Shown here: positions 49,393-62,628 of the stretch, piece after piece | Position numbering within the stretch: position 1 is the stretch's first letter | Layout of the letters: every line of letters starts with the position of its first letter | Assembly (NCBI GenBank): GCA_003427395.1 | Contig: BFEA01000004.1 | Location: 3,628,334 to 3,692,333 of the forward strand | Length of the DNA stretch: 64,000 nucleotides | Reading direction: 5' to 3' | DNA from: Chara braunii | Lineage: Eukaryota > Plantae > Charophyceae | Position numbers and translations under genes: made by a program | Notes under the pieces: generated by a model | The model's input: only the letters and a program-made list of their open reading frames with translations | Told to the model about the DNA's origin: nothing | Database searches by the model: none

Positions 49393-50828
49393 CTTTGGTT
49401 GACCCGGTCAGTCGCAAGCAAAACCACCTGTCTCTCGCCTTCCCCAAATTCACAACCCCTTTTTCAATCTGAATTCAGACAAGCAACAAAAATGAAATTG
49501 AAAATGGGCATTCATTCCTTTACTTAGCTCAGATTTATGTCCAGAAAATCAAACATAAACTCAATATGGGATGCATGAAGTATACTCAGTCAAACCATAG
49601 AAAGATGTATAGGTAAGGGTTTTATCTGGGTTTATAGAAGGGGATGATGATTACCACTCAGTTCCCTGCCCCCAGAACATCGCCTAGGTCCAAGCAGAGC
49701 TCCCACAATCTGTGAGGCAATCCTCCCACAGAGGCCTTGGCACGGATTACGAGTTGCAATCTCGCCCACCGCCTTCCTTTAAGGAGTCAGAACCAATAGA
49801 CTAGACTTAGAATAAGAAGGGCAGAAGGAGGAAAATTTTGTCACTCAGACCTTAGAATGGTGCACTCATACTCGTGTGAGAGCCTTCAAATATTCCATGC
49901 GTCTTAGGGTCCCGCAATGATGGCCAAATAAGCAGTAATCCCGCTAAACTAAAGTCAGAACGCTAAATGCTGACCTCCTGGTGGTCCTCGCAATCGCAAC
50001 AAACACCCCTTTCAAAGAAACTCGGCCACTCTACAGTCACTGACTTCCACTCCGGATAAAACAACAGTTGCGTAGTCCAGAAAGCCTGCATTCAAACACC
50101 ACCCTTGTATTCTACTTAACGTAGAGGTGTTAGACGTAGCAACTTCAATAGACTCAGCAACCCCACCAGTTGTTCACGGTAGCGAAGTACCAAAATACAG
50201 TAAATCACAATGTCACGATTGCTTTGCAGCAGACCATAAACAACACAGTGGTCTACTGCGCATACACAGACTGTGGGCGGAAACCAATAACAACCCCTTC
50301 CTGATCCTCGTTGTTGTGTGAACACGCAACAACATCACCAGTCGTCGACTGCAGTAGCCCAACTGAAATCCATCTTAGTTGCAGCTCCTAGACCGGACAG
50401 TTGCAGCAACATCTGTAGCGGAATAATTCCATAACTACAGCTTCCTCTCGTGAAACCCAAAGAGTTATTGGTTCTTCAGTCTGACCTGGTGAGTTTCAGA
50501 TCGGCCCTGCACCAAACAGGCAATGCCCTTCTGCCTCACTCTGCTGGCTCCACTTCTCCTTTTTCAAACTCGCTCCCCCAATCTATCGTATCTCGATGTT
50601 ACTGAATCTGACCGCAACCCCGACCCGATGCGGGTAACTCAAAGTAGCCAGGATCCGCCCTTTATCTAATAAGAAGAACCCTACCAGAAGCCGGAGTATA
50701 CTGCACCTATGTGACACCCTCGGCCTAGACTGCGGGCAATTCGGCCGCCTCGACCAAAAAAGTCGGCCGGCCTATTTTTTTAGTATATTTTTATACCCCT
50801 AAAAATACGTAATATATATATATATATA

Positions 50829-51596
50829 CAGGGTTACCTGACCGAACGCTCGGGGCCCCCCGGGCTGGCCCCCGAACGTTCGAGCGTTCGGGGTCCTGTT
50901 CGGGGGCCGAACACCTGCAGGTTCGGCCCCCGCCAAAAACATTTTTGGGGCCAAAATGTTTGTTTTTTTTTTTTAAGTTTTTTTTATGAGTTCTCTATGA
51001 TGTAACCTACACGCCTATAAATTTTGAATCTATTTTGCTAAGCCAAAAAAACACTAAAAATCGTCAAAGATGGGGGCGTCAAAACGTGCTCGCCCACTCA
51101 CTATTTTGTTTTTTTTTTCAGTTTTAACTTTTTGTTTTCCCTTTATTTCGGGGCCTACAAAAAAATATTATTTTTTTAAAACAATTTAACGAGTTATTGA
51201 TTATGTAAACTACATATCTGTAAATTTTCAGGGCATTTTTCAATGCCAAAACATAATTAAAAATCGGCAAAGATGGCGGTGTCGAAAAGGTGCTGGCACA
51301 CTCACTCATTTTAATTCTCTTTTTATTTTTTCTTATTTTTATCATAGTGTTTATTTTCTGTATTTGATTTTTAATTCAAATTTGGTAACGAATTTGGATG
51401 TAGTGCCCAGGAAAATGTTGTTTAGTTTATTGTTCTCCATAACATATTTTGTTTTCGGAATTTTTTGAAAACGTTGTTTTGTTTTTTGTTTTTTTTTGTC
51501 TGCGTTCGGCCCGAACGGCCAAACGCCTTCCGAAGGGGTCCCATACGTTCGGGCGTTCGGGTTCGGGCGTTCGGCCTGTCCCGAATGCCGGCAACC

Positions 51597-51654
<58 letters not shown>

Positions 51655-51790
51655 TTCTGTAATACTTACAACAATTCTGCGTTCGGCCCAAGCGGCCGAA
51701 CGCCTTCCGAAGGGGTCCCATACGTTTGGGCGTTCGGGTTCGGGCGTTCGGGTTCGGGCGTTCGGCCCGTCCCGAATGTCGGCAACCCTA
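50829..51790. mobile_element. TIR element (CAGGGTT...AACCCTG) embedded in (TA)n, with a duplicated right end
   Basis: CAGGGTTACC at 50829 and GGCAACCCTG ending at 51599. The segment 51500-51599 is repeated at ~51677-51789. (TA)n tracts lie on all sides. Confidence 0.75.
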
Positions 51791-52493
51791 TATATATATA
51801 TATATATATATATTTGACGATATATATATAATATATATATATATAGGCTTCCTAAGCCGCCCGACCGGGCAGGCACGGTTGTGCACCAGTACAGACTGCA
51901 CGGGCGGGCAACTGCACGGGTCACCCGTGCGAGCTATTTTTTATTAAAAAAAAAAAAAAAAAGGTGATAGGGGTCTGTTGCGCATGCAGAGATGTGCCCG
52001 AATCCGCCTTTTCCACACATGTTCGCAACATTGCTACGTGGAGATTGAAGATGGAGAGAGGAGGGTAGAAGATGGCGGGCAAGAGGCTTGAGGTGGTGAA
52101 AGGGAGGGGGAGGTTGCAGGCGGGGAGGTGGGAGATGGCCGGATTGAGGTAGGAGGTGGCGGGAGTTAAGTGAGAGATGGCAAAATGGAGGGAGGGGGGA
52201 GATGGCAGAAGGGAGGTGGGAGAAGGAAAGGGAAGTGGGAAATAGTGGGAGGGGAGGTAGGAGGTGGCGGGAAGGAGGCGGAGGATTGGCGAGAGGGAGG
52301 AGGACGATGGTGGGAGGGATGTGGGAGATAGCGGGAGGGGTAATGGGGGGTAGCAAGAGGGGTAGTGGGAGGTGGCGGGAGATGGTGGAAGAGTAGGAAC
52401 GGAGTGGCAGGAGGGAGGTGGATGATGGCGGAAGAGAACGAACGAAGTGGCGGAAGAGAAGTGAAGGGCGACGAGCACACGGAGAAGTTGAAC

Positions 52494-52560
52494 GAAGAAG
52501 AAGAAGAAGAAGAAGAAGAAGAAGAAGAAGAAGAAGAAGAAGAAGAAGAAGACGAAGAAG
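52494..52560. repeat. (GAA)n microsatellite after a purine-rich low-complexity tract (52050-52490)
   Basis: Read directly from the sequence. Confidence 0.95.
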
Positions 52561-54384
52561 GAGGATAAGGAGGAGGAGTAGCCTTACCCCCACATTCGTC
52601 CTCCCTTACTTCTTGTAATACTCTCCCTCTAGCCCATGAAACCCTCCTTTCTCCCCCCCACTGCATTCCTCCTCTCCAACGTCCATGATATGAGATATTC
52701 GGTAACGCCTGGACACCACTAGTCTGCTCCCTCCCTGCCCCACGATCCCTCTCCCGCCTCATCATCCTGGTGTCCTCTCACCCCGTACTCTTATCCACGC
52801 GTCATGTCGTCATAGCACCTGTCGCTCTTCGTTTCCCAATCTCACCAAGGAGCCTGCCGTCGCATCAGTCCGTCGGGCGGCCCGACGAATTGCCTTCCTC
52901 CCTCAGGAAACCCCATATCTCTCTACAAGGCCTCACACTCCTGCCATTTGCAGGTTATAGGGCAATGCCCTAGCTCCGACCAACGTCGTTCTGCCATCGG
53001 CAAACCAAGGCCACAAAACAAAGCAACTCTGTAGATATCAGTCCATGTTCGACCATCTCTTAAATCCTATATCCCAAAATTCCCAAATGAGGAAGAAGGC
53101 CAGATGCTGCCAAAAATTTCAGAACACCAGAAAGCTTAATATAACATGATTAAGAACTATGAGATTCTTTTTTTTTTTTTTAGCAAACCTAGTCATCCCC
53201 TATACAAAACACACAACCCCAGAGACAATACTTTCCTGACCAATGCCAGTCACAACTGATGTGATCTTGCCACCAAGACTATACCCGGCCCTTTAAGTTG
53301 TCAAGGCTGACCCCCCCGAGTTCGCCACTGGATTGCCTTCCTCCCTCGATTACTCCCTAGATCTCACTTCCAGGCCTCACACTCCTGCTACCAACAGGTC
53401 ACAGGGCTAACGCCCCAGCACCGGCCAGCGTCGTTCTAGCATCGGCAAACCAAGAGCCCGAAACACATTGGCTTTGCAAGCAGTCTGTCCGGATTCTACC
53501 ATCTCTAAAACCATGTATTGTATATAAAGGGAAAACCAGATATCGCCTAGGATTACAGAAAAACAGGTAAGCTTGATATAGCATAATTAGTGTTTACACC
53601 TAAGATTAGTCTCCTCCCTCCCCTCCTTTCCATCCTGTCCCAACGCTGCCCCCGGCGAAACGGATTACCCAGATTGCAGGCAACCCATCACCGCCCCAAC
53701 TTGGGACAGTCCCACCTTCTCCACCCTTATCCCACAAAGGCATGCGGTTCCCTCCCAAAGTATGCCTCTGCCCACCTTTTACCCTGTTCATGTGGAAAAA
53801 ACCCTATGTTCCCATTCTACCGTTTCTCCATATCGAGCAAGGTCTCAAGCCCATTCCTGTCAATCAACCAAAATATGTCCATAGCGAGCAAGGCATCATG
53901 TGTCGAACACACCAGAAGTCGGAACCCTAATTCTGATGTGATCTGTGTTCATGTGGGGAGAACCCCATGCACCCATTCTACCGTTTCTCCATATCGAGGA
54001 GGTCCTCAAGCCCAATCCTATCAATCAACCAAGGGTCGAAACCCAAGTACATATGTATTGTGTGAAAGCTGAAAATCGGGTCCAGCATCCCTATACAACA
54101 GTGTATGAAGCCAATCAGTATATATGCATAACTCACCTGCATCACGGAGAGGAGCGGAGACAATAACTACTTCCCTACGCAAGGGAAGAAAAACTCACCC
54201 CACCCCAATCAAGGAATCAACCTAAAAAAAGTAAAACGTACAATCAAAATGTAATCAACAAACCCCTCATGAGGCCACGTGAGAAAAAGTTGAGGGTATG
54301 AGAGTTGAGAACCAATCATCCTTGATCAACGAGGGGGAGATCATCTATCCTACTCCCACCCGGTGCCAAAAAAGAAAAAACGAA

Positions 54385-54459
54385 TCATCTTAAAACGCCC
54401 GTCTCGCCTGTTTTGCCCAGTCGCTGCTCGCGGTCGTTGCTGAAGTTGTTGTCGTTGTT

Positions 54460-54507
<48 letters not shown>

Positions 54508-55305
54508 ATCGCCGTCCACCCTCGCACCCTGCTTGTCGATCTCGCCGAATCTCTGCATCCCCTCCACCACAACCACCTCCTCTGTCTTACACTCGTGCTC
54601 CTCCTTCCACTCATCCGCCCGGTCTCCATCACCCCGCTGCAAATGGGTGTCCCCGTTGTTGTTGCTGTCATCATCCGCCACGCCCATCTCACCGACTGCC
54701 ATTATCTGCTCGTCATCGTTTTTGATGTTGTTGTTAGTGTTGATGTTGTTGTTGTTGTCATTATTGTTATTGTTGTTGTAATTGTTGTTGCCGTCTGCCA
54801 TGAGCCCTTGCTCCACCTCCCACATACTTGCCTGGCTTCCAACACTCTGCTGCAAATGAGTGACACTGTCGACGTTGGCACTCTCAGTGCCTCCCTGAAC
54901 AGAGAGCGCCATCAGGTTCTCGTACCATCCTCCAACCCCCCGCTCATGTTCATCCCTGCAGCCGTCGTCATGATTGTTGTTGTAGTTGTTGTTGTTGTTG
55001 TTGTTGTTGTTGTTATTGTTGTTGTTGTCGTCAACCTTTCCACTATTCACACCGATCTCTCTCGTTCCCTGTCTCTTCTCCACCACAACCACCGCCTCTG
55101 CCACGCGCCCTTGCTCCACCTCCCACTCACCCGCCCGGTCTCCATCACCCAGGTGCAAATGAGTGGCACCGTCGACGTCGACACTCTCACAGTCTCTCAG
55201 AGTTGCCCTGGATAGAGAGCACCAACAAATTCTCGTACCATCCTCCAACCCCCCCCTCATATTCATCCCTGTCCCACACATCCTTTCCACGGTCCATCTC
55301 CCCAT
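54385..55305 (-). other. 306-codon low-complexity ORF built from internal duplications and (AAC)n tracts; probably TE-derived
   Basis: Repeated THL...GDGDRA.EW..E...VVVVE segments separated by poly-Asn tracts. No recognisable domain. Confidence 0.35.
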
Positions 55306-56280
55306 CTACTTCCCAGTTCACACAACCTACAAAAATTTGAGCGTAGTAGCCAACCATGTCTTCGTCATCATACCCACCATCCTGAGAACACGGAACGTCG
55401 TCTTCCATGTAGAAAGGAATATCTCCATACTACAACTCCCCCACCAACTCCATCGTGTTTCCGAAGAGCTGCGCTGCCATGTTTATCGTCGTCTCATTCT
55501 CTGCTGGCGGTACCCCTGTCCACGCGTCATGGACAACCACATCACCAACCGCAGATGCCGCGTGGCCAATCAAGGAGCCACGCACGTATGTTGGACGCGT
55601 GCAAAGGCCCAACATCCGAGGAGCATTCCCCCTCAGGTCCTAGTCGAGCCTGGGGAACCGGACCTCGTCAGTCCGCCAGGCGACGGGGCGCTAGCGCTAG
55701 TGCAAACTCCTTTACCCTAATTCAAATTCGGACCCGGTTCATTTCTAACCCTGGGCCCCTCACTCAATAGGGTTCAGCCTTTACTTGAGACAATAAAAAG
55801 CTCCCCACGAATAGACCGGAGCTCTGTTTGAAAAAAACAAGAGAAAAAGAAAGAAAGAACAAAAGGGATCGTAACCTGAGTATCTGTTGAGGCCTGGATT
55901 CATGTGCGCATCGCAAGTTAGCAGGGCGCCGAGTAGACGCACTTGGCGGTAGCCGCTTGTGCTCTACTGGGTCTTCTTCGGCCAATCGGTGATGGAATCT
56001 CGTCCCAAAGATCACACTCCGTGTTGGTTTCATTTGTTTTTCTATGGTTAATGGGGAGTTGTGCAACATGTATTTGCCATTTGGTGGTTGCTTGCGGACA
56101 TAACATGGGTAATCTTTGGCAAAACGAAGTCTTAGAGTGAAGTTTTAAGACCGTGATAATGAAACACTTTGATGTGGGGCTTACATAACTGCAAACTCGC
56201 AACCAGTCTGATGCACATAGGTTAGGGCCGCGATGGAGCACCGTTCAAATGTAATGTTATAGTGTTGCTCAAGCGCCTTA

Positions 56281-56590
56281 AACAGCAATTTCGTGAAAAC
56301 GGACATTTTATATTTTTTGAATGAAATTGAAACCGACTGCTTGCTTTTGCCCAAACAATATCATTTTTTTGGCTCATGAGAGTCTGGCGTTCTGAAAATG
56401 CCGTACCCCCTGGATGTACCTAAACTTCCTCCACGTGCAGATAATGGGTCAATTGTTTCACTAGGGCGAAAAAGAGTCTTATGTACTGATGGTTTTGATG
56501 AAGATTTTGTGAAACTTGATACATGCAGGGGATATAATATTTCCAGAATGTCGGATCCTCAGGAGAAAAAAAATGAGAGTTTTTGTGGCA
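56281..56590. mobile_element. Truncated MITE of the AAC...GTT family
   Basis: Left end AACAGCAATTTCGTGAAAACGGACAT. The right arm is incomplete. Confidence 0.7.
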
Positions 56591-56603
56591 ATCTTGTATT
56601 TTA

Positions 56604-58560
56604 CTATTTTCTATACTTTTCACAGACTCTGTAGTTCCTTATATTGGTTTTATCTCCCTTTATGTGTAAAAGGTTGAGAATCCCCTGCCCAACTAATTCT
56701 CCCATTTGCCCTGACACATAAATTGAATCAACAAATTTTATTAGGTCTGATGAGAAGGCTGACCACATGACTTCCCAAAATTCTTTCGGATATCCATCAA
56801 TGTAAGGGGTTTTATCCTCCTCCATCTGTAATAATGTTGTCCATAGTTCCTCCAAGGATAATGGCCTCTCTAACTGGTCTCTTTGTTCATGAGTCAATGT
56901 TTGATTTAATTGCAAGAAACCTCTTCATGGCTACCTCATCTTCTTGAATATGTTCCATATTTTTCGTTGATGTGAATTTTTTTTTGTAAACATCATAAGC
57001 AATTTTAAGGCTTCCCGATGAGGATAATGAGATAGAGAGAACAAATGCTCTAGTAGGGTCATGAAACCCTTCAATAGTGGTGTGACTAGATCTAGTACGC
57101 AGTAAAGCAAAAAAAAATAACGTCAATTTGACCTTCAGTCATATATTGTGATAATTTGACTCTGCCAACGATGTTGGGTAAAAGATAGAAGGTGATGTTT
57201 CAGTTCTTGAATATCGACTGGGTGATAATTATTTTGTAATTGATCAAGTTCAAAATTAGAAGTTGTTCTTGAATGTTTATTTTTTGAAGGTAACGGTACT
57301 TTGCATGTACTTCAAAAAATTCATTACATTTTTTGACAAAAAATGTCAGACCATTGTTGAACCATGCTATGTAGGTGTCTACGTATTTTCCCCTAAGAAA
57401 GGTTGTTCACTTGTATTTGCAATAGTGACTCCCAACATTAATCTAGATCCATAATAGATTTAATCCTAAGGTCACGGGATCTGGATCGAGGTTTGATATT
57501 AGCTGCTATCTTTTCCCAAAGTCCATGGTAAGGGATGAATCATAAAATGTATATAACTCTATTGCCTTTTAGAAAAAAGTCGGATCAGGGGAATAATTTT
57601 TACAAATTAAACACCTCTTTACTTTCGCAAAGACAATTCAAACAATACATAAAGGACGTTTTTTTTTTCCTTTTGTAGTGTCCCAATAATCCCAAACGTC
57701 CTTTATGTATTGTTTGAATTGTCTTTGCAAAAGTAAGGAGGTGTTTAATTTGTAAAAATTATTCCCCTGATCCGACTTTTTTCTAAAAGGCAATAGAGTT
57801 ATATACATTTTATGATTCATCCCTGACCATGGACTTTGGGAAAAGATAGCAGCTCATATCAAACCTCGATCCAGATCCCGTGACCTTAGGATTAAATCTA
57901 TTATGGATCTAGATTAATGCTGGGAGCCACTATTGCAAATACAAGTGAACAACCTTTCTTAGGGGAAAATACGTCGGTATGTATCAAATAATTGTTCATC
58001 TTCACATAATCTATTGATGATGTTTTCATCCTCTTCTATATATGTTGGACAAGGAGTGAGAACTTTCCATCGATCCATCCATATATTAGGGGTTGCATTG
58101 AAGTCCCCTGCCATGATGAATGGTTTTCCATCTGGAATTTGAACCTTGATTTTATGAAAAAATTTAACCCTTTCTTGGACCTCATTGGGTTCATATACAT
58201 TAATGACACATACTATTTCCAGTTCCAGCATAGCCAAAGCAAAGATTTAAGGACCATGTTCTTTATCGGTTATCCAATGAACAATTTATACCCTAGAATC
58301 TGGAGGCACCCAAATGGCCACTCCTCCTGAGCTACTTTGTGGCACCGGACATGAAATTTTTAAAAAAGGTTATGCCCGATTGTGTGGTCTATTATGGGTT
58401 GAGGAGTCCATGAGATGGGTTTCCTGTATGCAGATCAAATCAGGCCATATATGACCCCTCACTCCCATGAGTTGCTTTATTACAACTTTCCTCTTTTCCC
58501 CTTTTGTTATGGCGAGTTCATTTACATCCATCATTATTACATCTAAATTGGTCACTCTGG
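56604..58560 (-). mobile_element. Decayed L1/Tx1-like LINE ORF2 5' part (APE endonuclease and pre-RT region)
   Basis: DLICIQETH, INVYEPN, IMAGDFNAT, NHKM, FYKLNTSLL, LERPLSLEELW..KTPYIDGYPKEFW..KGDKTNIRNYR. Confidence 0.92.
57381..57974. repeat. Fold-back inverted duplication inside the LINE (281-bp arms, 32-bp loop)
   Basis: 57381-57661 is the reverse complement of 57694-57974, with only a few substitutions. Confidence 0.93.
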
Positions 58561-59593
58561 TAGCATGGACCCAAATGGATTCTTCCCATAATGCGCTTGC
58601 AGTGCCTGCATTAATAGATTACGAAATAAATTTCCTTCCTTTCCCTATGTCTAGTTAACTTCTATAAGCGCATTGAATTAAATTTCCCCTTATCCAAGTT
58701 AGTAGAGGACTGAAGAACCCCCCTTCAGAGGATTGAGCACAAAAAGAACGTTACATTTGCCACTGACCAGACTGAGTTTGCTTTGAGTTTGATGTACAAT
58801 AAATCCAACAGGGCGTTATGTGAGTACCATTTGAGGTCAGCCTCCGTTTGATCCTCAAACCTAACGAAGGCATCCTGCTTGGCTATTTGTGTCCGATCAC
58901 CTATTTTTGTGAGAGTTGCCTGAGGTCCCGGATCATAATGTTTGGAGAGGAAGTCGTGAAAATCTCGTTTGAAATTCTGGTCATTAGAATTCTGATATTC
59001 CACGTATGTGGACCATCCTCTCAAGATCACCCCTCCATATTAATCTTGCCCCATTGGAGACAACCCGATTTCCCACTTCCCATTTTTCTTTTTAATTGGA
59101 ATAACCAAATTACCGCCTTGGTGCGTGCGACCTGATGGCTAGACCTCTTTCCAGAACATTCGCAATTTTTGTTTTTTACCTGTTTCTTGTGAAACTGACG
59201 TGAGGAAAGAGACTGACCCTTCCTGAGTGTGTTGTCCTTTGTGTACAAACCCCCGTGAGTGATTGACAGATTGTGCCTATTGTTGTGTCAGTCGCTGTAA
59301 TCGCAGAGATTGATCGATATGTTGTTGTTCCATATAAAGTTTTTGATTCTGTTATGAAAACAGGAACTAACGTTGTGGCACCTCATGCATCGGTTCGTGC
59401 TGTTGCGACAACAACTGTTGTTGGGAAATCTGTTCTGGTACTTGAGATCGTTGTTGAGACTAACAACTGTTGTTGTGACGCCTGTATAACAACCGGATTC
59501 TCATCATTAGTAATTCATTTTTTTTCTTCTCCCTTTCCTTCCTTCACCACCCCTTCTTCATACTATTCATTCTTTGTTTGTATTTCATTGTCT

Positions 59594-59815
59594 AACAGCT
59601 ATTTCGTCAAAACGGACATATTTTATTTTTTGAACGAAATCAAAATTGACTTTTTTTGTCAAAATCCGGTTGGAATTTTTTGCTACTTGGGGTCCGGCGT
59701 TTTGGGAACGCCGGAACCCCAGGGAGCAAAAAATTCCGACCGGATTTTGGCAAAAAAAGTCAGTTTTGATTTCGTTCAAAAAATATAATATGTCCGTTTT
59801 GACGAAATGACTGTT
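59594..59815. mobile_element. Palindromic MITE of the AAC...GTT family with 4-bp TSD GTCT
   Basis: GTCT-AACAGCTATTTCGTCAAAACGGACATAT ... ATATGTCCGTTTTGACGAAATGACTGTT-GTCT. Confidence 0.9.
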
Positions 59816-62356
59816 GTCTTCATTGTCATCCTTCACCATGCTTAGAGAATCAGGATTTGCCTTGGAAATAAAGGGCCTAGGATCCAAGTCACAATGGTTT
59901 TGTTGTTCTTTGCATTCCTGAGGAGATGGATTCCGGTAAGTAGAGGTCTAGGTTACCATAGAGGTTACCAACACTATTGCAGAATCCTGTAACTCATCTT
60001 GTGTGAGGGGGGGAGAGAAGGGGGGGGGGGGGGGCTGAAACATAGTTCTTAACGCCTGCAACATCCTCTGACTTACCACTGGCCAACTCACTCCAGGTGG
60101 CAATCCCTGCTGCAGAATCCTCTTAAAAATACGACTTTAATTTAGAATATTTTTGCAAGTTGAACATATGACATATCCCATTAATTCTCCGGTGGTTGTT
60201 TCGTATTTTGACTTCAACTGCTGGAGTAGCCAATCAGCTAGTTGGATGATTTTTTGTTCCATGGGAATTTGATCCTCTCCCTCCGTAGGGCAGGGTGCAA
60301 CGTGCATCGAAGTATCTACTGGAACTTGTTCGTCCACATCCATTGAGGTCGGACCAAATGCCTTTTTAAAGTGGTTCAAAGAATCCTGATAATCCGCAAG
60401 TGTTCCTTGTAAGGGACTCCCCAATCCCTGTTCGACCCCCTCCTTTGCCTTCATTTTCCTTTTCACCCGATATTTCTGATGTTTTGATGCCCTCCCTTTA
60501 ATTATTATAGGTTTTTATGTTTTTGTTTTTTGTCTCCTTATCTTATTCTTTTCCAGAAAGGGTTGCTCGAATTCCTTGTCCTGGTTTTGTTCTCCATCCA
60601 TTCCTTTACTCTCTTCCATGTTATGATCATTCCTTGGGTGTGATCCCTCAGCTTCCGTCCTGATGATTGTGTCTACATTCTCCCCCGCAGTCCGAAGGGA
60701 AGGAGGAATATCAACACCTTGCATATAATTCCTTCAATCAGGGCCACGTTCGTAAATCGAAGTTTGCTCCGATCTCAAAAGTGAATTGTCAACCAATTGA
60801 TTACTAATTAATTGAGCCCTAGTCGATAAGTCTAGTTTCCTTCGAGCTTAAGGTGTTAGTTGCTAAATTTGCAGAGTCGATTCAACTTCGATCTCAAATA
60901 GTGATTACTCGAGTAATCGGTTTTATTGTGTTGTTCTTAGCAATTGAGCCTCAGTCCATGATGTTGTGGGATCGGGGTCATAGGTGTCGAATGAAATATC
61001 TCCTTTCGGGTTGGAATCCCTCCCTGCGGCGGTTACACAAGGTGGGAGGTGTGATCTTTGAGAGGGTAGGGGCGGTATTGAGGGTTTGTCTTTTTCTGGG
61101 CCACGATGATTTTCGGGTCGGATCAGCTATGGTGGTTGGGGAGAGAGGGCAAGGGGTGCTGATGTCAGCAGGGCGAGAGTTGAGAGGGTTGTTCCGCTTG
61201 GAGGGGGTGGGGCAAGAAGGAAGGGGAATCTTCGACTCTGCGGTGGCATACTTTAGGGGTTACTGTATGCGACTGAGGGAGCAGGAGTGGGGAGTTGTTC
61301 TGAACTGGGGCTCGGAGGTGGCGGGGCGCCTTCCCGTGGAGGCAATGAACAGACAGGGGGTTGTCTTTTGGGGGAGAGGAGTAATCCCTTTGGTTCTTGT
61401 GACCCCTTCACATGTAACTGAGACCTCAATAGGCGATGGAGTTTCCATGGGAAGAGAGGGTGGTTTTTCCCTCTCTTCCCCTCTTCCTGTGGAAATAGTG
61501 GGCGCTGAAATGTTTATGTGATTTTCCGGAATCTTTTGATTTCTTGTTTTCCCTAATTGAAAAATTCTTCCAAGGTTTTGGTGCTGGAGGCAAGGGGTTG
61601 TGGTGGCTGTGACGGCGGGAGATGACACGCTCTGCGGCGTAGGGGCTAGCCTGTAGGGTTGAAATACGGTACAGTACCGGTGGAGATGCCGACTTCATTG
61701 TGGTAAGACTTGTCGGATTAGGGCTGAGAGGGATTTTTTGGGGGATATCTGCAACCAGTGCATGAAGGAGATGAATGATGGGATCTATAGCTATAGTGCT
61801 GATTGGTGGCTTGACTGGTATTTGCCTTAGTCCTGAGTCCCGGTGGTTGGTGAATAGACGAGGCCAGAATGACGCTGGTCGGTGCTAGGGCTTGGTCGCG
61901 CTGCCCTGTAACATGAGTTGTACGAGGGCACGAGACCTGGTAGAGAGATCTGGGGAGTTGTCTAGGGTGGAAGGCACTCTAGTGTCTTTTGGTGAGCTGG
62001 TGCCTGGTCGATGTTGGCTGGAGCCGGGGCGGGTCGCTTTGCCATGTGGCCTAGCAGGTGGGGGTTTCTGGGGTGGGTTGTGCCACTCGGTAACCTAGCA
62101 GTTAGGGGCATGAGGCCTGGTAGAGATTGGGTATTGGGATATAGGGGTGAGGCAGGTAGGGTTGGGCTGCTGAAAGACCCATAAGGCAGGTGGTTTTTTC
62201 ATTCTGAATGCTCCTTTGATCCGAGCTTTGGGGGATAGAGAATTTTAGTGTTCTTGTGTAGATTACACAGTTGTCTTTCTTAGCCGAAGGCGGGTAATGG
62301 TCCCGGTATCTCAAGGATTTCTCCATAAATTTCTCAATTTCTCAACAAGATTTTGA

Positions 62357-62592
62357 ATGGGACGCTGGGCCCGGTTCCCAGCACGTGCTGCTCCACACAA
62401 ATAGATTGGGTAAAGCACTAGTACCTTTGTCGGTTCGGAAAATAGTGGGCCTCTGACCTTTCAGGAGGCCGAAACGAAACGACGGCCGGAGGCCGCCGAT
62501 CAAATTTATCAACGGCAGCCGTTGTTGGGCCCTGCCTCCTAAAAGTTCGGGAGCTGGCAAAAAGTTGTAGAAACCGGACGCCAAAGGTACTA

Positions 62593-62626
<34 letters not shown>
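62357..62626 (+). mobile_element. Retroposon 3' module interrupted by a TIR element (62414-62597) of the TTAA family
   Basis: Head GGGACGCTGGGCCCGGTTCCCAGCACGTG. TIR CACTAGTACCTTTG/CAAAGGTACTAGTG, whose interior resembles 36320-36657. A-run at 62599-62626. Confidence 0.75.

Positions 62627-62628
<2 letters not shown>

Larger units (their letters stand above)
46146..50716 (+). mobile_element. Long (~4.57 kb) non-coding solo-LTR-like module, copy 2
   Basis: Starts CGTCACGCAGGATTTG (TGTCAC in copy 1) and ends GTGACA, i.e. TG...CA-type inverted termini. TATA-like TATATAAATA at ~47144. No long ORF. No clear TSD. Confidence 0.75.

Noticed and set aside
51921-52765. Long Pro/Ser/Leu-rich ORFs
   Set aside because: Artefacts of purine/pyrimidine strand asymmetry and the (GAA)n microsatellite.
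59250-62330. LINE ORF1 upstream of the minus-strand endonuclease
   Set aside because: Position and composition fit, but I found no RRM or zinc-knuckle motif in the fragments, so no call was made.
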